In this document: positions 31,548-42,403 of the stretch, piece after piece
Numbering within the stretch: the first letter of the stretch is position 1
Layout: every line of letters begins with the position of its first letter
Translations under genes and position numbers: made by a program
Assembly: GCA_965261595.1 (NCBI GenBank)
Contig: CBDHDG010000006.1
Coordinates: 1,728,001-1,792,000 of the forward strand
DNA from: a bacterium
Lineage (GTDB): Bacteria > UBA8248 > JACPRG01 > G963555815
Reading direction: 5' to 3'
DNA: 64,000 nucleotides
The notes under the pieces: generated by a model
Seen by the model: only the letters and a program-made list of their open reading frames with translations
What the model was told of the DNA's origin: nothing
Database searches by the model: none

Positions 31548-34500
31548 TCAGAACCTCGCGGTCAGCCTGAACCCGATCCCGTGCTCGGGCGGGGTGTTGT
31601 CGTTCGCGCTCTCGCGCCGGCGCGCCTCGACCGACAGCTCCAGCGACCCCGGCCCGGAACCGGTCCGCGTCAGCCGCCAGCCCAGGCTGGTGTCGCGGCC
31701 CGGTTCCGACAGGCCGAGGCCGATCTCCGGCGTGCCGGTGAACTGGCCCCCGAACATCCCGAAGCCGTAGCCGAACCGCGCCTCCAGGCGCTGCCGCCCG
31801 TCGCCGTTGTCGTTCGCCGCAAGCCCCTCCAGCGTGGTGCGCGACAGCAGCGCGTCCTTGCCGCCCGACGCCCCTGCGCCGAAGGTCTGGGTCAGCGTCA
31901 GCTTCGGACCCCGGCCCGTCGACGGCTGCGGGTTCCAGGCCAGCGAACCGGCAATGCCGCGGTCCCTCAGGCCCGCCGCCTCGTGGGTCAGCACGCCCCG
32001 GCCCTCCAGCGAGACCGTTAGGCCGTGCGCCGGCACCGCCAGCGTCACCCCGCCGCCGATGTCGGCGCCGAATCCGGTCTCGGCGTCGCCGCCGTCATGG
32101 CGCACCCCGAGCGCCAGGCGCGGCGTCACCGTTGCCCCCTTGCCGAGCGCCCCGTCGCCGAGCGGAAACGGCCACGAGCCCTCCAGCCCAAGACGCAGCC
32201 GCGTCACCTCCGCCGACGCCGACGCCAGCTTGCCCCCGTCCGATGCCGACGACGACACACTTGCCGTCGTCGTCCGCACCCAGCGCGCATCCGTCACCGC
32301 CTCGAGCTTCGGGCCGTCGCCGCCGATCAGCGTGCCCCGCGCGCCGGCTGCCGCCAGCATCATCCCGAGATCGGTCTTCAGCGCCGGATCGTCCCCGGCC
32401 GTGAGCTTCAGCTCGCCCGCGCCGTAGCCCGCCGCGCCCCACACCGACAGCCGTTCCGTCACCGCGTACCCCGCCCAGGGCGTCAGCACCGTCACCGACG
32501 CCTCGATCTCGCCCGAGTTCTCGCCCCGGTAGCCGCCCTCGCCGATGCTGTGCGAGACCACCAGGCCCGTCGTCCAGCGCCCGGACGCATAGTCCGCGCC
32601 CAGCAGGCCCGTGGTCACATCGCCGTCCAGGCTCAGCGCATCCTCGCGACCCGCGAAGCTCGTCTGCGCCATCCGGCCCCAGAGCGCGGCAAAGCCGCCG
32701 CCGTCGGGCTGCGCCGCCAGCGAGAACGACGACCCCAACAGGAGATCGCGCTCGGTCATCGTCCGGGACCAGCCGTTGGACCGGTCCTTCTCTTCCGTCT
32801 CCTGGCTCAGCCAGTCCGACAGCGCCTTCAGACGCGCCGTATCCCCGGCATCCGCCGCCGTCGCGCCGAACAGCGAAGTCGACTTCCCGTCGGAGGCCGC
32901 ACCGGACTTCTCATCCGCTTTCGCGGCCGCCTTTGCGGCCGCGACGCCGATCCTCTCGCCGGCCAGGCTGACCGACATCCCGGCGGTCCGCGCCGCCCTG
33001 AGGCGCGCCTCCACCGCGTCCAGCACCTGGTCCGCCACCGTCCGCCCAAAGCGCGCCAGCCATGCCTGCGGTATCGGGTCGGAGTTGGTGATCGTCCCCG
33101 TCGCCTCGGCTCTCGTGATGGAAACCGTCTGGGATGCGTCACCGCACAGGTGTGCATTGCTGATCTTGACCTTCACGGTCTCGCCGTCGTCGTTCACCGA
33201 GTCGTCGATGATGCGGACGAAGGGCTTGTCCACCCGTTTTCCGATCTGCACCCATTGCCTGACTTTAGGGCGCTTGCTGTAGTCCGTTCCTTCCGCGGCG
33301 GTGCCGCCCGAGATGGTCTCGAAGTCGTAACACACGTATTTGTCATACTTCCGCGAGAGCCTGACTCTGAAATCGAGGTACCCGTCGTCCTCGTCCCCGG
33401 TCGCGTCTCGGATCCCAATGGTCAGATTCGACACGTTGGTCGTGGAGGCCGGCGGCGCGGTGATCGTTCCCGTCGCCTCGTCGGTCGTGATGCCGAGGTC
33501 CGCTATTTTGTCGCCGTACGCATCGACCACGCGCGCGTTGCTGAGCCTTACCTTCACCGTCTCCCCGGCGTCGTTGTCCGTGTCCTCAATGAGCGCGAAG
33601 CCCATCTGCGCGGTCTTATCTCCCGCCAGAATGACGTGGGTGTAGGTGCGACGAGCATAGTAGTCGACGCCTTCGGTGGCGGTGCCTCCAGAAATAGTCT
33701 CGAAGTCGACCTTCACCGTGTTCTGGAAGGATCGCGAGAGCGTGACCTCGAACAGGAGGTGGCCGGCGTTCTCGGCGGCGCTTGCGTCCGCGATCGAGAG
33801 GGTGGGCGGGAGAGTTCCCCTGACTGCGATCTTGAGCCTTGCAAAAACGGAAGACCAGTTTCCGCTATTCGTGGCGCGCTCCCGCGAAGTGTCGGCGATG
33901 CTCCATCCGCTCGCCGTCCCCGAATCCTCGTTAGCACTGACCGTTCCCTTCAAGTCGTATCTAGTGTTACTGCCTGATCCCGTCGCCTCGAACACCACGA
34001 AGTAATCGGTATCCTTTTCGAGGGTCGCATTGGCCGGCGCCCTGAAGGTGTTGATCGCGTTGTCGTTAAGCGTTGCCGGATTGGTCAGCACGTAAAGGAG
34101 GGTGCCCGGATTGTCGGATGTGACCGTGTAGATGCTCACCCTTGGCGAAGAAGCCGATTCGAAATTATCTGCCTGGACTTGAATTGCCGAGAGCGTATAG
34201 CCGCCCTCGTTGGAGCCCGTACTGAACCGCTGCGCTTGGGAGTAAAAAAAAACTCCCGATGCCGGTGGGACCGATGCCCCGGAGGCTGGTTGCGGTGGAC
34301 TGACCGGTGTTGGAGACGAAGGTGGTCTTCTGCGCCTGCGCCGGCAGCGGCAGGGCTAGGAGCGCGGCGACGGCCACGAGGAGCCCGGCCGCCAGGCCGC
34401 GCGCCGCGAGGCACCGGCCGCGCCGACGCCCTGACGCCGACGCCCGGACATGCCGTCCATGAGCACGGCCTTCGCACTGTTGCGACGCTAGAGGACGTCT

Positions 34501-34632
34501 GGACGGACCGGCAGAATTGTTGGTTGCCGCCCGAGGGCTGGCGGGACAGTCGTCACGGGAAGAAAGGGACGAGCCGTGTGTGTGGGGGGATTCATGCGCT
34601 TGTCTGGACGGGTATCCGCTCAGCCAGGACAT
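31548..34632 (-). pseudogene. Surface protein with signal peptide, two Calx-beta-like repeats and C-terminal autotransporter beta-barrel; frameshift at T9 (34244-34252); start uncertain
   Basis: LLALPLPAQA signal; repeats LSIADASA..F.V.LSR..DFETISGGTA.EG.DY; WLARFGRTVA; RHDGGDAETG; ends LTARF. Confidence 0.78.
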
Positions 34633-34947
34633 GACGCGCCACGGCGACCAAGACCACACCGAAACTCGGTTCTCACTATTTATGGCGACCACACTCGCCT
34701 CAACCGGCGCCGCCTCCGGACCACGAACCGGCACTTCCATGGCGAGGTCATCGCCGCACACGGCCGAACCACACGCCGCGATCACTTGTCGCTCCAGCCC
34801 CATTACCGCTACCCCCATAGCTGTCGTTGCCATTGTCTTGTTTGGTGCGGAACAGACGCCGGCCATCCTCGCGACCTCGCTCCTATGCGGCGCATCGCAC
34901 GGAGCCGTTTCCCTGTCGCTTCCTCAGTCATACCCAAGCGCATCGGA

Positions 34948-35558
34948 ACCTGTCAATCTGGGCCACCAACACCGGCAGAAGACTTTTGGCTGCAACGCTC
35001 GCAACGCGCATCGAACGAACGCGTCCATTTCTTTCCACCAGTAGAGAACACGGCCATCTTGCCAACAGCGCCACGGCCAGCGCGCAGTTTCTTGTTGGCG
35101 TGTTTGTTCTTCTCCTTGCCCCCAATATAGGTTTCATCGGCCTCTACTGCCTTGCCTTCGCCGCCCAGGGGATCAATCGATCCGTCCTTCATCGCTCCGC
35201 GGATTCGATGGGTCAGGAACCATGCAGTTTTCATGTTGCACTGGAGCATCCGCTGAATTTGGCGGGTCGCGATGCCCTTCTTGCTTGCGCACATCAGATG
35301 GATCACTTGCAGCCACAGGTGCAAAGGAAGGTGCGAAGACTCGAAGATAGTCCCGGCCCGAACGGTAAACGGCTTTCGGCAGGCGTAGCACTTGTGCAAG
35401 CCCTTACGGGTGGTCTTACCGTTCAGCTTGCGAACCTGTTCCCCGGTCACGCCACAAAACGGGCAATAGGGACCGTCGGGCCAAAGAGCCTTTTCTACGT
35501 ACGCGAAAGCCGCATCCTCATTGTGGAAATGCGGGGCGGACAGAACAGAACGGGCCAT
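34948..35558 (-). pseudogene. IS1595-family transposase, frameshifted near 35045 and 3'-truncated
   Basis: WPDGPYCPFCG, CYAC, GTIFESSH, EADETYIGG; LVERNGRVR in the shifted frame. Confidence 0.85.
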
Positions 35559-35610
35559 GAGAGATTACCTCCTAACCCATATATGCCCGTAAACGTTTCG
35601 AACACTCTGG

Positions 35611-36951
35611 CCGGAATTTCCCATATCAACTTGCTTGGGTGGTTTCCGGTCCCCTTTCCCGATGAAAACCAGTTGACCCCCTTCCGATGGGTCTGTCAAG
35701 AGCCTTCCAACCCTCCGCAACAAGGTGCTGACGGCCATCGACTGCCCCAAAAGGCGGACCCTCGCCCTTCGGTCCCCTTTGTTCGCGGTTCAACCCGTTA
35801 ACCAATCACCTCATGCTGCCGGGAACCCTCTGTACAAGGTTAGACCGGCACCGGCCGTAATCGGTTGATTCGGTCCAGGATGATGGCGAACTCTTCCCTG
35901 GACACCGCTACTTCGGCCAATTGAAAGATGATCTACCGGGCGTGCCGCACAATCCTCCCGCCCATTTTGATGAGCTTGACCTGGAGGCTTCGGAGCGACC
36001 AGTGCTTGAGCCCCCTGGGCAAGGCTAGCCTGCGCAGGAAATTGCCCAGGTTGTACGCCAGGACGAAGAGAAGGAGCCGCACCTGGTTGCACACGAACCG
36101 GTGACAGGAAAGGCGTGTCCAGTTCAGGGCGTACTTGCCTTCCTTGATCCATTGCTCGGCTGTGCCTCGCTGGTTGTAGAAGTGCACGACCCCCTCGGGT
36201 CGAGCCGTCAGGTTCGTGACAATGAATCCGACGCGAGGGAAGAGTTCGCCTGAGTGCCATTCCACCTTCGCCACGACCCGCCGGGAACGGTCCCAGCTTC
36301 CAGCCTGATACCGGAAGTCGTAATAGAAGATGATGGGTCTCTTGGGCGGGCGACCGACCGGGCGGGTGAGGAGGAAGTCGATCTCTCGCTGCACCACGTC
36401 GTTGGCGGGAAGGCGGATGGCGTAAAGGAAGCTGTGCGCTTCCAGGCACTCATAGACCTCCGGGTGCGCAAAGGCGTCATCGGCTCGGAAGTAACGGCGA
36501 ACACCCGCCCGCTCATACCGGGCCGCGATGGGCGAAAGCAACTCGCGCCAGCCATCGGCGCTGTGCACGTTGCCGGGGCGCAACATCGCCCCTTCGCAGT
36601 CCCCGAACTGGTTAAAGCAAAAAAGAGGGTGATAACAGGTGCAACGAAAGTGGCCGTTGTAGGCCGTACCTTCCTGCTCCCCATGGACGGGGCTTTCCGA
36701 GCTGTCCATGTCCAGGATGATTCGCTGATGGGGTGAGTGTGCCATGGCCCGGTCCACCCACTCCCGGTTCAGCTCGCTCAACCCCTTGAGATTCTCCTCC
36801 CTGGTGAGAACCTCGGTCTCGAACCGGCTCAGGGTGTTGGCGCCCGCCGCCTGCTTCTCAAGCGCTCGGCGGCCGACCACGGCTTGCATCGCGGGGTCCT
36901 GGGCCAACCGCTCGGCATCGTTGGTGTCTTCATACCCTGCCAAGCGGCTAT
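35611..36951 (-). mobile_element. IS1380-family remnant, 5'-truncated by IS3, premature stop at 35933
   Basis: GYEDTNDA, LDMDSS, YNGHF, LRPGNVHSA, YNQRGTAEQWIKEGK; right end ATATGGGAAATTCCGG. Confidence 0.85.
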
Positions 36952-38211
36952 TGGAGTTGACCCGGTTTGGTGGACACCTGATGATTTGGGGGTAAAGGAG
37001 GTGTTCACGATGCCACAGACTCACCCACGCTATCCAATGGAGTTCCGCTGCCAGATGGTAGAGTTGGTCCGGGCGGGACGCACGCCCGAGGCGCTGGCGC
37101 ACGAGTTCGAGCCCTCGGCGCAGACGATCCGCACCTGGGCCCATCAAGCCGACGTTGACGAGGGGCGTCGCAAAGACGGGCTCACGAGCGATGAGCGGGA
37201 GGAGTTGCGCCGACTTCGCCGCGAGAACCGACAGCTCCGCCAGGAGCGGGAGATCTTAGCAAAAGCCGCGGCCTGGTTTGCTCGGGAGACCGATTCGATC
37301 CCGTCCGGATCTACGGGTTCGTGAGGGCGAACCAGGCCATGTATCGGACCGCCACGATGTGCCGGGTGCTGGGCGTCTCCTCCAGCGGCTACTACGCGTG
37401 GCGCAGGCGCGCGCCGTGTGCCCGCTCGTGTGCCGATCGGGCGCTCACCAAACGCATTCAGGCGATCCACGAGCGTTCTCGGGGGACTTACGGCGTGCCG
37501 CGCGTCCATGCCGAGTTGGAGGCTGAGGGAGTGCGTGTGGGCCGCAAGCGCGTCGCCAGGCTGATGCGTGGGGCGGGACTTGCGGGCGTCAGTCGGCGCA
37601 AGGGAGCGCGCACGACGCAGCACCGGCAGGAGGCGCGGCCGGCCCCTGATCTGGTGGACCGCAACTTCACGGCCGAGGCCCCCGACCGGCTGTGGGTGGC
37701 CGACATCACCTACGTTCCGACATGGGCGGGGTTTTTGTATCTGGCCGTGGCGCTCGATGCGTTCAGCCGGCGCATCGTGGGGTGGTCGATGGCCACACAC
37801 CTGCGGGCCGAGTTGGTGCTCGACGCGCTCGACATGGCGCTGTATAAGCGCCGTCCCCGGGCCGTCATCCACCGCTCCGACCAGGGCACGCAGTACACCT
37901 CGGTCGCCTTTGGGCAGCGCTGCCGGCAGGCGGGCGTGCGTCCCTCCATGGGTTCGGTCGGGGACTGCTACGACAACGCGCTGTGTGAGAGCTTTTTCGC
38001 CACGCTGGAGTGCGAGCTCCTCGCTCGCCGCAGTTTCCGCACCCGGGCCGAGGCGCGCATGGAGGTGTTCGGGTTCATCGAGGGCTTCTACAACCCGCAT
38101 CGTCGGCACTCCTCCATCGACAACCTGTCACCCGTTAACTACGAAAGGAGACAACAACGCACACCCTGAAAACCCAAGTGCTTAACTCTCCACGAAACCG
38201 GGGTAAGTCCA
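36952..38211 (+). mobile_element. IS3-family element; orfA 37010-37324, orfB 37321-38169
   Basis: IRs TGGAGTTGACCCGGTTTGGTGGA/TGGACTTACCCCGGTTTCGTGGA; WVADITY, SDQG, DNALCESFF; no TSD. Confidence 0.92.
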
Positions 38212-38833
38212 GTGGAGTCACTCATACGTTACCTCCTTTATTCTTCCCAATAGCAAGAAAGATATGAGTGACAATCTTGTCTTTTGGCTCACATATGGAC
38301 ATGAGGGTAAAGGTTGTTCGTTGTCACTAACTGTTCCGCGTAGTCAATTACAGAAAGTCCTTTACGGCCCTAAGAAGGTGAAATCCACTGCGAATGCACT
38401 GAGGTCTATCTTGGATTTATTAGGTCAGTTAGTAAAAATCGAGAATCGATCAATACGGGGGAGTATCCAGAACAAATTGGCGGAGACCGTTTGGAAATCT
38501 CTGGAAAGAATCCGCTACTTGTATAAGAGTGAAGCATGCGAATATGAGAACGAATGCCGTTTTGTTGTTGCTGAATCAGATATTTCCGAGAAGGATAACA
38601 TCCGTTTTGAAGATCAGGGTCGAAACAATTCTCCTGCGCGCCTAAGACATTATTACGAGCACGAGACTCTTGAGATTAAGAAACTGTTGGGCACTAATAG
38701 TTCAATCACACTTGGCCCTTCTGTCTCTAATTACTACAATATACACTATTACATCCAAACGCTACTGGACAAAGCAGATTTGTCGTTCAATCCGACAATC
38801 AAAAAATCCTCAATATCCTTTCGAAAATCTTGA
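38212..38833 (+). pseudogene. DUF2971 protein, C-terminal part
   Basis: YVTSF..DNLVFW.TYG..GCSL; YK...EYENECR. Confidence 0.7.
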
Positions 38834-40271
38834 CGGCTCGTTGCCACGTCAAGCGCCATACCGGCGTTCTTTCTTCGATCTTTTTCGCCCTTATCAAATA
38901 GGACGGATTTTCCGCATCACCCTGCGCGCGGCGCTCACGAAAAGAACAGTTCGGGTGACACGCATCGTTGATAATGCGCGTTTCAGCGGTGACAAACTGG
39001 TAATCCTGTTGCCGCACCAGCGGCCACCAATCGGCGGCGATCAGGTAGCGGAGCATCAAATTGACCTCCATTCCGGCAACGCCCAAGCTGAACGGAAAAA
39101 CATTCTGGTTGCCGACCCGCTCTTCAGGAGGCAAATTACTGATGTAAGACGGATCGTCGAGTGACCCGTCCAATTCCATTACCACCATGCTCGAATTGTA
39201 TTGCCCGTTGCAACGCAGGCATTGATGATAAGGCGTGACGATGTGCGCACGCCAATGCGCCGAAAGCAGGCGATCCTGCCGTCTGTCGGTTTCCATGGCG
39301 ATTCCCCCGTCAATGACCGGAATCAAATGCGCCTGTGCGATGTAATTTAAGACATCCCGGGGAACCGGGCGGTCAACACAGCTGAAAAGAATATCGCAAT
39401 CCAGCGCGGCTTTATAAGCCGCTTCGTCGTGAACCGAATCCGGCAAGGCGGTTATTTGAATTTCGTTGGCGGTGGCATTGCGTCGCATCACTCGCGCGGC
39501 CAAATCAACCTTCAATCTGCCGATGTCTTTCGCCGTTCCATAAAGCAAACGGTCGAGGTTGTGCTCTTCGACTTTATCGGGGTCGATCAGCGAGACTTGC
39601 ACGATGCCGATTCGAGCAATGGCCTCGGCGACGATGCAACCGACGCTACCAAGTCCAACAATGCCAACTGTCAAACGCGCGATTGAATTTTGTGCCTCGT
39701 GTCCCCACGTGTCGAAAGTGCGCTTAAGAACCTCTTTACGCAGCGGTGGTGGCGCAATGTCGTCATCAAAGTAAATTTTGTAGGACTGCGGCCCAACGAC
39801 GCGGACTTTCCCGCACGGATGATGGCGCATTTGCCCGCCGTCTCTTTCCCAAAACCGTGCGCTCCAATAGCCGTCGCTACCGATTGTCAAACCCACCAAC
39901 GGCAAGCCTGTGGCCCCCGCCGGATACGCCAGAACATCCCGCTCTGCTTCGACATCGGCACCGCTCATTCCCTGCCATCCAGGACCCGGATGACTATGCA
40001 TGAAGGCCAAACCCGCTTTTTTTTTGCACGCGACCTTTACCGCCCGCGCGAGGTAATCGGGTTCGAAGCTGGCGTTCCCGTGAAGGGTTCGCTCGTCGTT
40101 TTTCGGCAAGATGATTTCATCGATTAAGGCGGTGCGACGCGATTGCCCCGTAGACGGACGCCACAAAGCGAAGCAAAGATCTTCCTGGTATTTGTCGCGC
40201 CGATAATGCCGTAACAAATGCCCGCTGGAGGTCGAATCCGCTTCCGAGGTAAGAACGACCTCGTAACTCAT
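38799..40271 (-). CDS. JAB-fold domain fused to ThiF/E1 adenylyltransferase (BubCD-like)
   Basis: N-terminal E..HSHP..S..D; GLGSVG, DPDKVEEHNLDR, K, SCVD, Zn ligands CLRC and CHPNC. Confidence 0.85.
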   Translation of the reverse strand: MSYEVVLTSEADSTSSGHLLRHYRRDKYQEDLCFALWRPSTGQSRRTALIDEIILPKNDERTLHGNASFEPDYLARAVKVACKKKAGLAFMHSHPGPGWQGMSGADVEAERDVLAYPAGATGLPLVGLTIGSDGYWSARFWERDGGQMRHHPCGKVRVVGPQSYKIYFDDDIAPPPLRKEVLKRTFDTWGHEAQNSIARLTVGIVGLGSVGCIVAEAIARIGIVQVSLIDPDKVEEHNLDRLLYGTAKDIGRLKVDLAARVMRRNATANEIQITALPDSVHDEAAYKAALDCDILFSCVDRPVPRDVLNYIAQAHLIPVIDGGIAMETDRRQDRLLSAHWRAHIVTPYHQCLRCNGQYNSSMVVMELDGSLDDPSYISNLPPEERVGNQNVFPFSLGVAGMEVNLMLRYLIAADWWPLVRQQDYQFVTAETRIINDACHPNCSFRERRAQGDAENPSYLIRAKKIEERTPVWRLTWQRAVKIFERILRIF

Positions 40272-40645
40272 ATATCATTCCAAAATCGGCGCAGATGCTC
40301 GTTAAGGTAACCCATCATGTGCTTTGTCGGCAACTGATCCCAGAGTTCGCCCGGAGGCCTACTCATTGCAAACCATTCTCGTCCACTCTCATCGGAATAT
40401 TTTCCAACCGAGCCACCTCTCCCGTCGTCAATCGGAGGTGTCAAATGAATCCAATGGGGGGGATATTCAGGATACGGTTCACTTCCTTGCATGCTGATGC
40501 CCAGCGTGACTTGTTTGCCTTTGTAGGAACCGGTCTCGATTGTGTAAGGAAAAGAAACCACTTTCCCTTGCGGGCTATCGGACAAGCATGTTTCATAACC
40601 CAGTTCTTCCAATTCAGCTTTTATCCGGTCGATGTTGTCGGACAT
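40268..40645 (-). CDS. E2/UBC-fold protein (BubB-like)
   Basis: YPEYPPHWIHL proline motif, WFAMSRP; ATGA coupling to E1. Confidence 0.7.
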   Translation of the reverse strand: MSDNIDRIKAELEELGYETCLSDSPQGKVVSFPYTIETGSYKGKQVTLGISMQGSEPYPEYPPHWIHLTPPIDDGRGGSVGKYSDESGREWFAMSRPPGELWDQLPTKHMMGYLNEHLRRFWNDI

Positions 40646-40656
40646 CTCGGAAAGGG

Positions 40657-40887
40657 TTACGCCACCGGCGTGGGTTTGTTTGGAATCGCGATGAACAAAT
40701 TGTCTTCCTCCAGATTGACGCGGTCGTCTCCTTTATACTTGCCCTTATCGCCCTGCAGGATGTAATCCTCCGGATTTCCAGGAATCGCTCCCTTTTCTTT
40801 GGCCAGTTCCAGAATATCTTTCGCCAAGAGAGACTGGTGATCAGTATGGATTTCGACACCGTTTATCTTGAATGAAAAATCAGCCAT
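40657..40887 (-). CDS. Ubiquitin-like (multi-ubiquitin family) protein (BubA-like)
   Basis: 76 aa; FKING..DILELA..DY.L..DRVNL..F pattern; AGGAGG RBS; ends PTPVA. Confidence 0.75.
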   Translation of the reverse strand: MADFSFKINGVEIHTDHQSLLAKDILELAKEKGAIPGNPEDYILQGDKGKYKGDDRVNLEEDNLFIAIPNKPTPVA

Positions 40888-40933
40888 TTTGCTACCTCCT
40901 GACGATGGTATTAATCAGTGTCCTGTCTTCTAC

Positions 40934-40970
40934 TAAGGCATAGGAAAATTTAACGTTCCTATCTGCCTTA
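40934..40970. promoter_or_regulatory. Imperfect inverted repeat upstream of the Ubl operon
   Basis: TAAGGCA-TAGGAA..TTCCTA-TC-TGCCTTA in an AT-rich promoter region. Confidence 0.4.
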
Positions 40971-41035
40971 TATAGTCCGTGTCACTGAGCACGTCAAAGA
41001 TGGGTGTGCCACAGAAGCGAGCTGACGGACAAACT

Positions 41036-42403
41036 TCAATCAGCGCAATCATCAACTATCTCCATTGCGGAAGATCCAACCGCCTTGTCCGATTCGTCCG
41101 ATAGATTGGCCTGGGCCTCGCGCACGTCGAGCTTGCCGGTGACGACATCGGCGATGAGGCGGGTGCGGTATTCGCGGAGAAGTTCGATTTGACGGCGGGC
41201 GCGGTCAACGGCGGCGTCGATGTCGGCGGTGGCCTTGTCGAGATAAGCGACAATGTCGATTTGTTCGGGGAGGGGTGGCGAAGAAAATACCACCCTTTTA
41301 AGGTGTGGCCAGTAGAGATTTCGTTGAATGGAACCAACACCCCGTGAGCAGAGGAGGTATTGAGTCACCATTACTCGATCTTGAAAAAGCAGATTTGCGA
41401 AGTCTGGATGAAGTTTGGGATTCAGCGAAAGCACGATATAAGCCGGGCTAACGATCCCGGAATGGTTGGATACTCCAACAGAGCCACGCCATGCTTGCTG
41501 GTTGTTCAGAACGAAATCACCGGGGTCAACGGCTTGGTATTTCGACAGATCTTCACTCGTCACGTTTGTACGCTTTTCTTCTGCCTCAAAAAAGCGGATG
41601 ACACCCCGACCTAAATATACTGATAGTAGTTCCCGGTGCTGTTGGCCTGTAATGGACTTAGGGGTACCAATAGCACAAAGCGGTAAAGTCTCCCAATGCT
41701 CTGGCACGTCTCCCAGCCACTCCACGCCAGAGGATTTGTACGCCGGGTAGGGTTGGCCGGTTAGGACATCAATCCGGCCCGTGACGGCGCGGTGAATGAC
41801 GGCCTGCTTCTGCTCCTCCAGCAGCTTGATCAGCTTCTGCTTGGCGCGGATGCAGCGCCGGATGCGCCGGTCGGCGTGGTCCAGGTAGCGGACAATGGCG
41901 GCTTGTTCGGGGAGGGGTGGGAGAATGGACGGGTGGTTTCCTACATCCCCCACGCTGACGGCCTCGTACGTCGAGCCAGTAGCGACCATGTTTAAACCAC
42001 GTCCAAGTACTTCAAGTTGATATTGAGCAAGTCCTGCATGTAAAACTTCATTGTTAGGGAGAATGGCGCAAAGTCCGCGACCAATGCCATATTCTTGATT
42101 CGCTATATTCAGCCGACCAACTGGTGCGCGGACCGACATAAGAATTGCGCCCGGAGGACTGATTTTCGATAGGGTGCGACAGAATTGTATAGGTTTTGGG
42201 TGAAGTGTCCCGAATTCCGCGCAGCCTTGTAGGAAGGGTGGGCCTATTGGAACATCGCTACAGTCGTCGGAGGGAGGAGACTGGCCAATGATTAAGGTCG
42301 CCGAGTGCTTCAAACGCCGCACCTCCCAATGCTCTGGCACATCGCCGAGCCACTCAACGCCGGAGTCTTTGTAAGCTGGATAAGGTTCAAAAGGGTATAT
42401 CAT
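41036..42403 (-). CDS. hsdS: Type I restriction-modification specificity subunit
   Basis: Two TRDs with repeated YPAYK.SGVEWLGDVPEHW, PPLPEQ and LIADVVTGKLDV. Confidence 0.93.
   Translation of the reverse strand: MIYPFEPYPAYKDSGVEWLGDVPEHWEVRRLKHSATLIIGQSPPSDDCSDVPIGPPFLQGCAEFGTLHPKPIQFCRTLSKISPPGAILMSVRAPVGRLNIANQEYGIGRGLCAILPNNEVLHAGLAQYQLEVLGRGLNMVATGSTYEAVSVGDVGNHPSILPPLPEQAAIVRYLDHADRRIRRCIRAKQKLIKLLEEQKQAVIHRAVTGRIDVLTGQPYPAYKSSGVEWLGDVPEHWETLPLCAIGTPKSITGQQHRELLSVYLGRGVIRFFEAEEKRTNVTSEDLSKYQAVDPGDFVLNNQQAWRGSVGVSNHSGIVSPAYIVLSLNPKLHPDFANLLFQDRVMVTQYLLCSRGVGSIQRNLYWPHLKRVVFSSPPLPEQIDIVAYLDKATADIDAAVDRARRQIELLREYRTRLIADVVTGKLDVREAQANLSDESDKAVGSSAMEIVDDCAD

Noticed and set aside
38799..40887. 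CBASS or MoeB/ThiS sulfur-transfer operon
   Set aside because: No CD-NTase or effector, no Gly-Gly Ubl, and an E2-like gene is present
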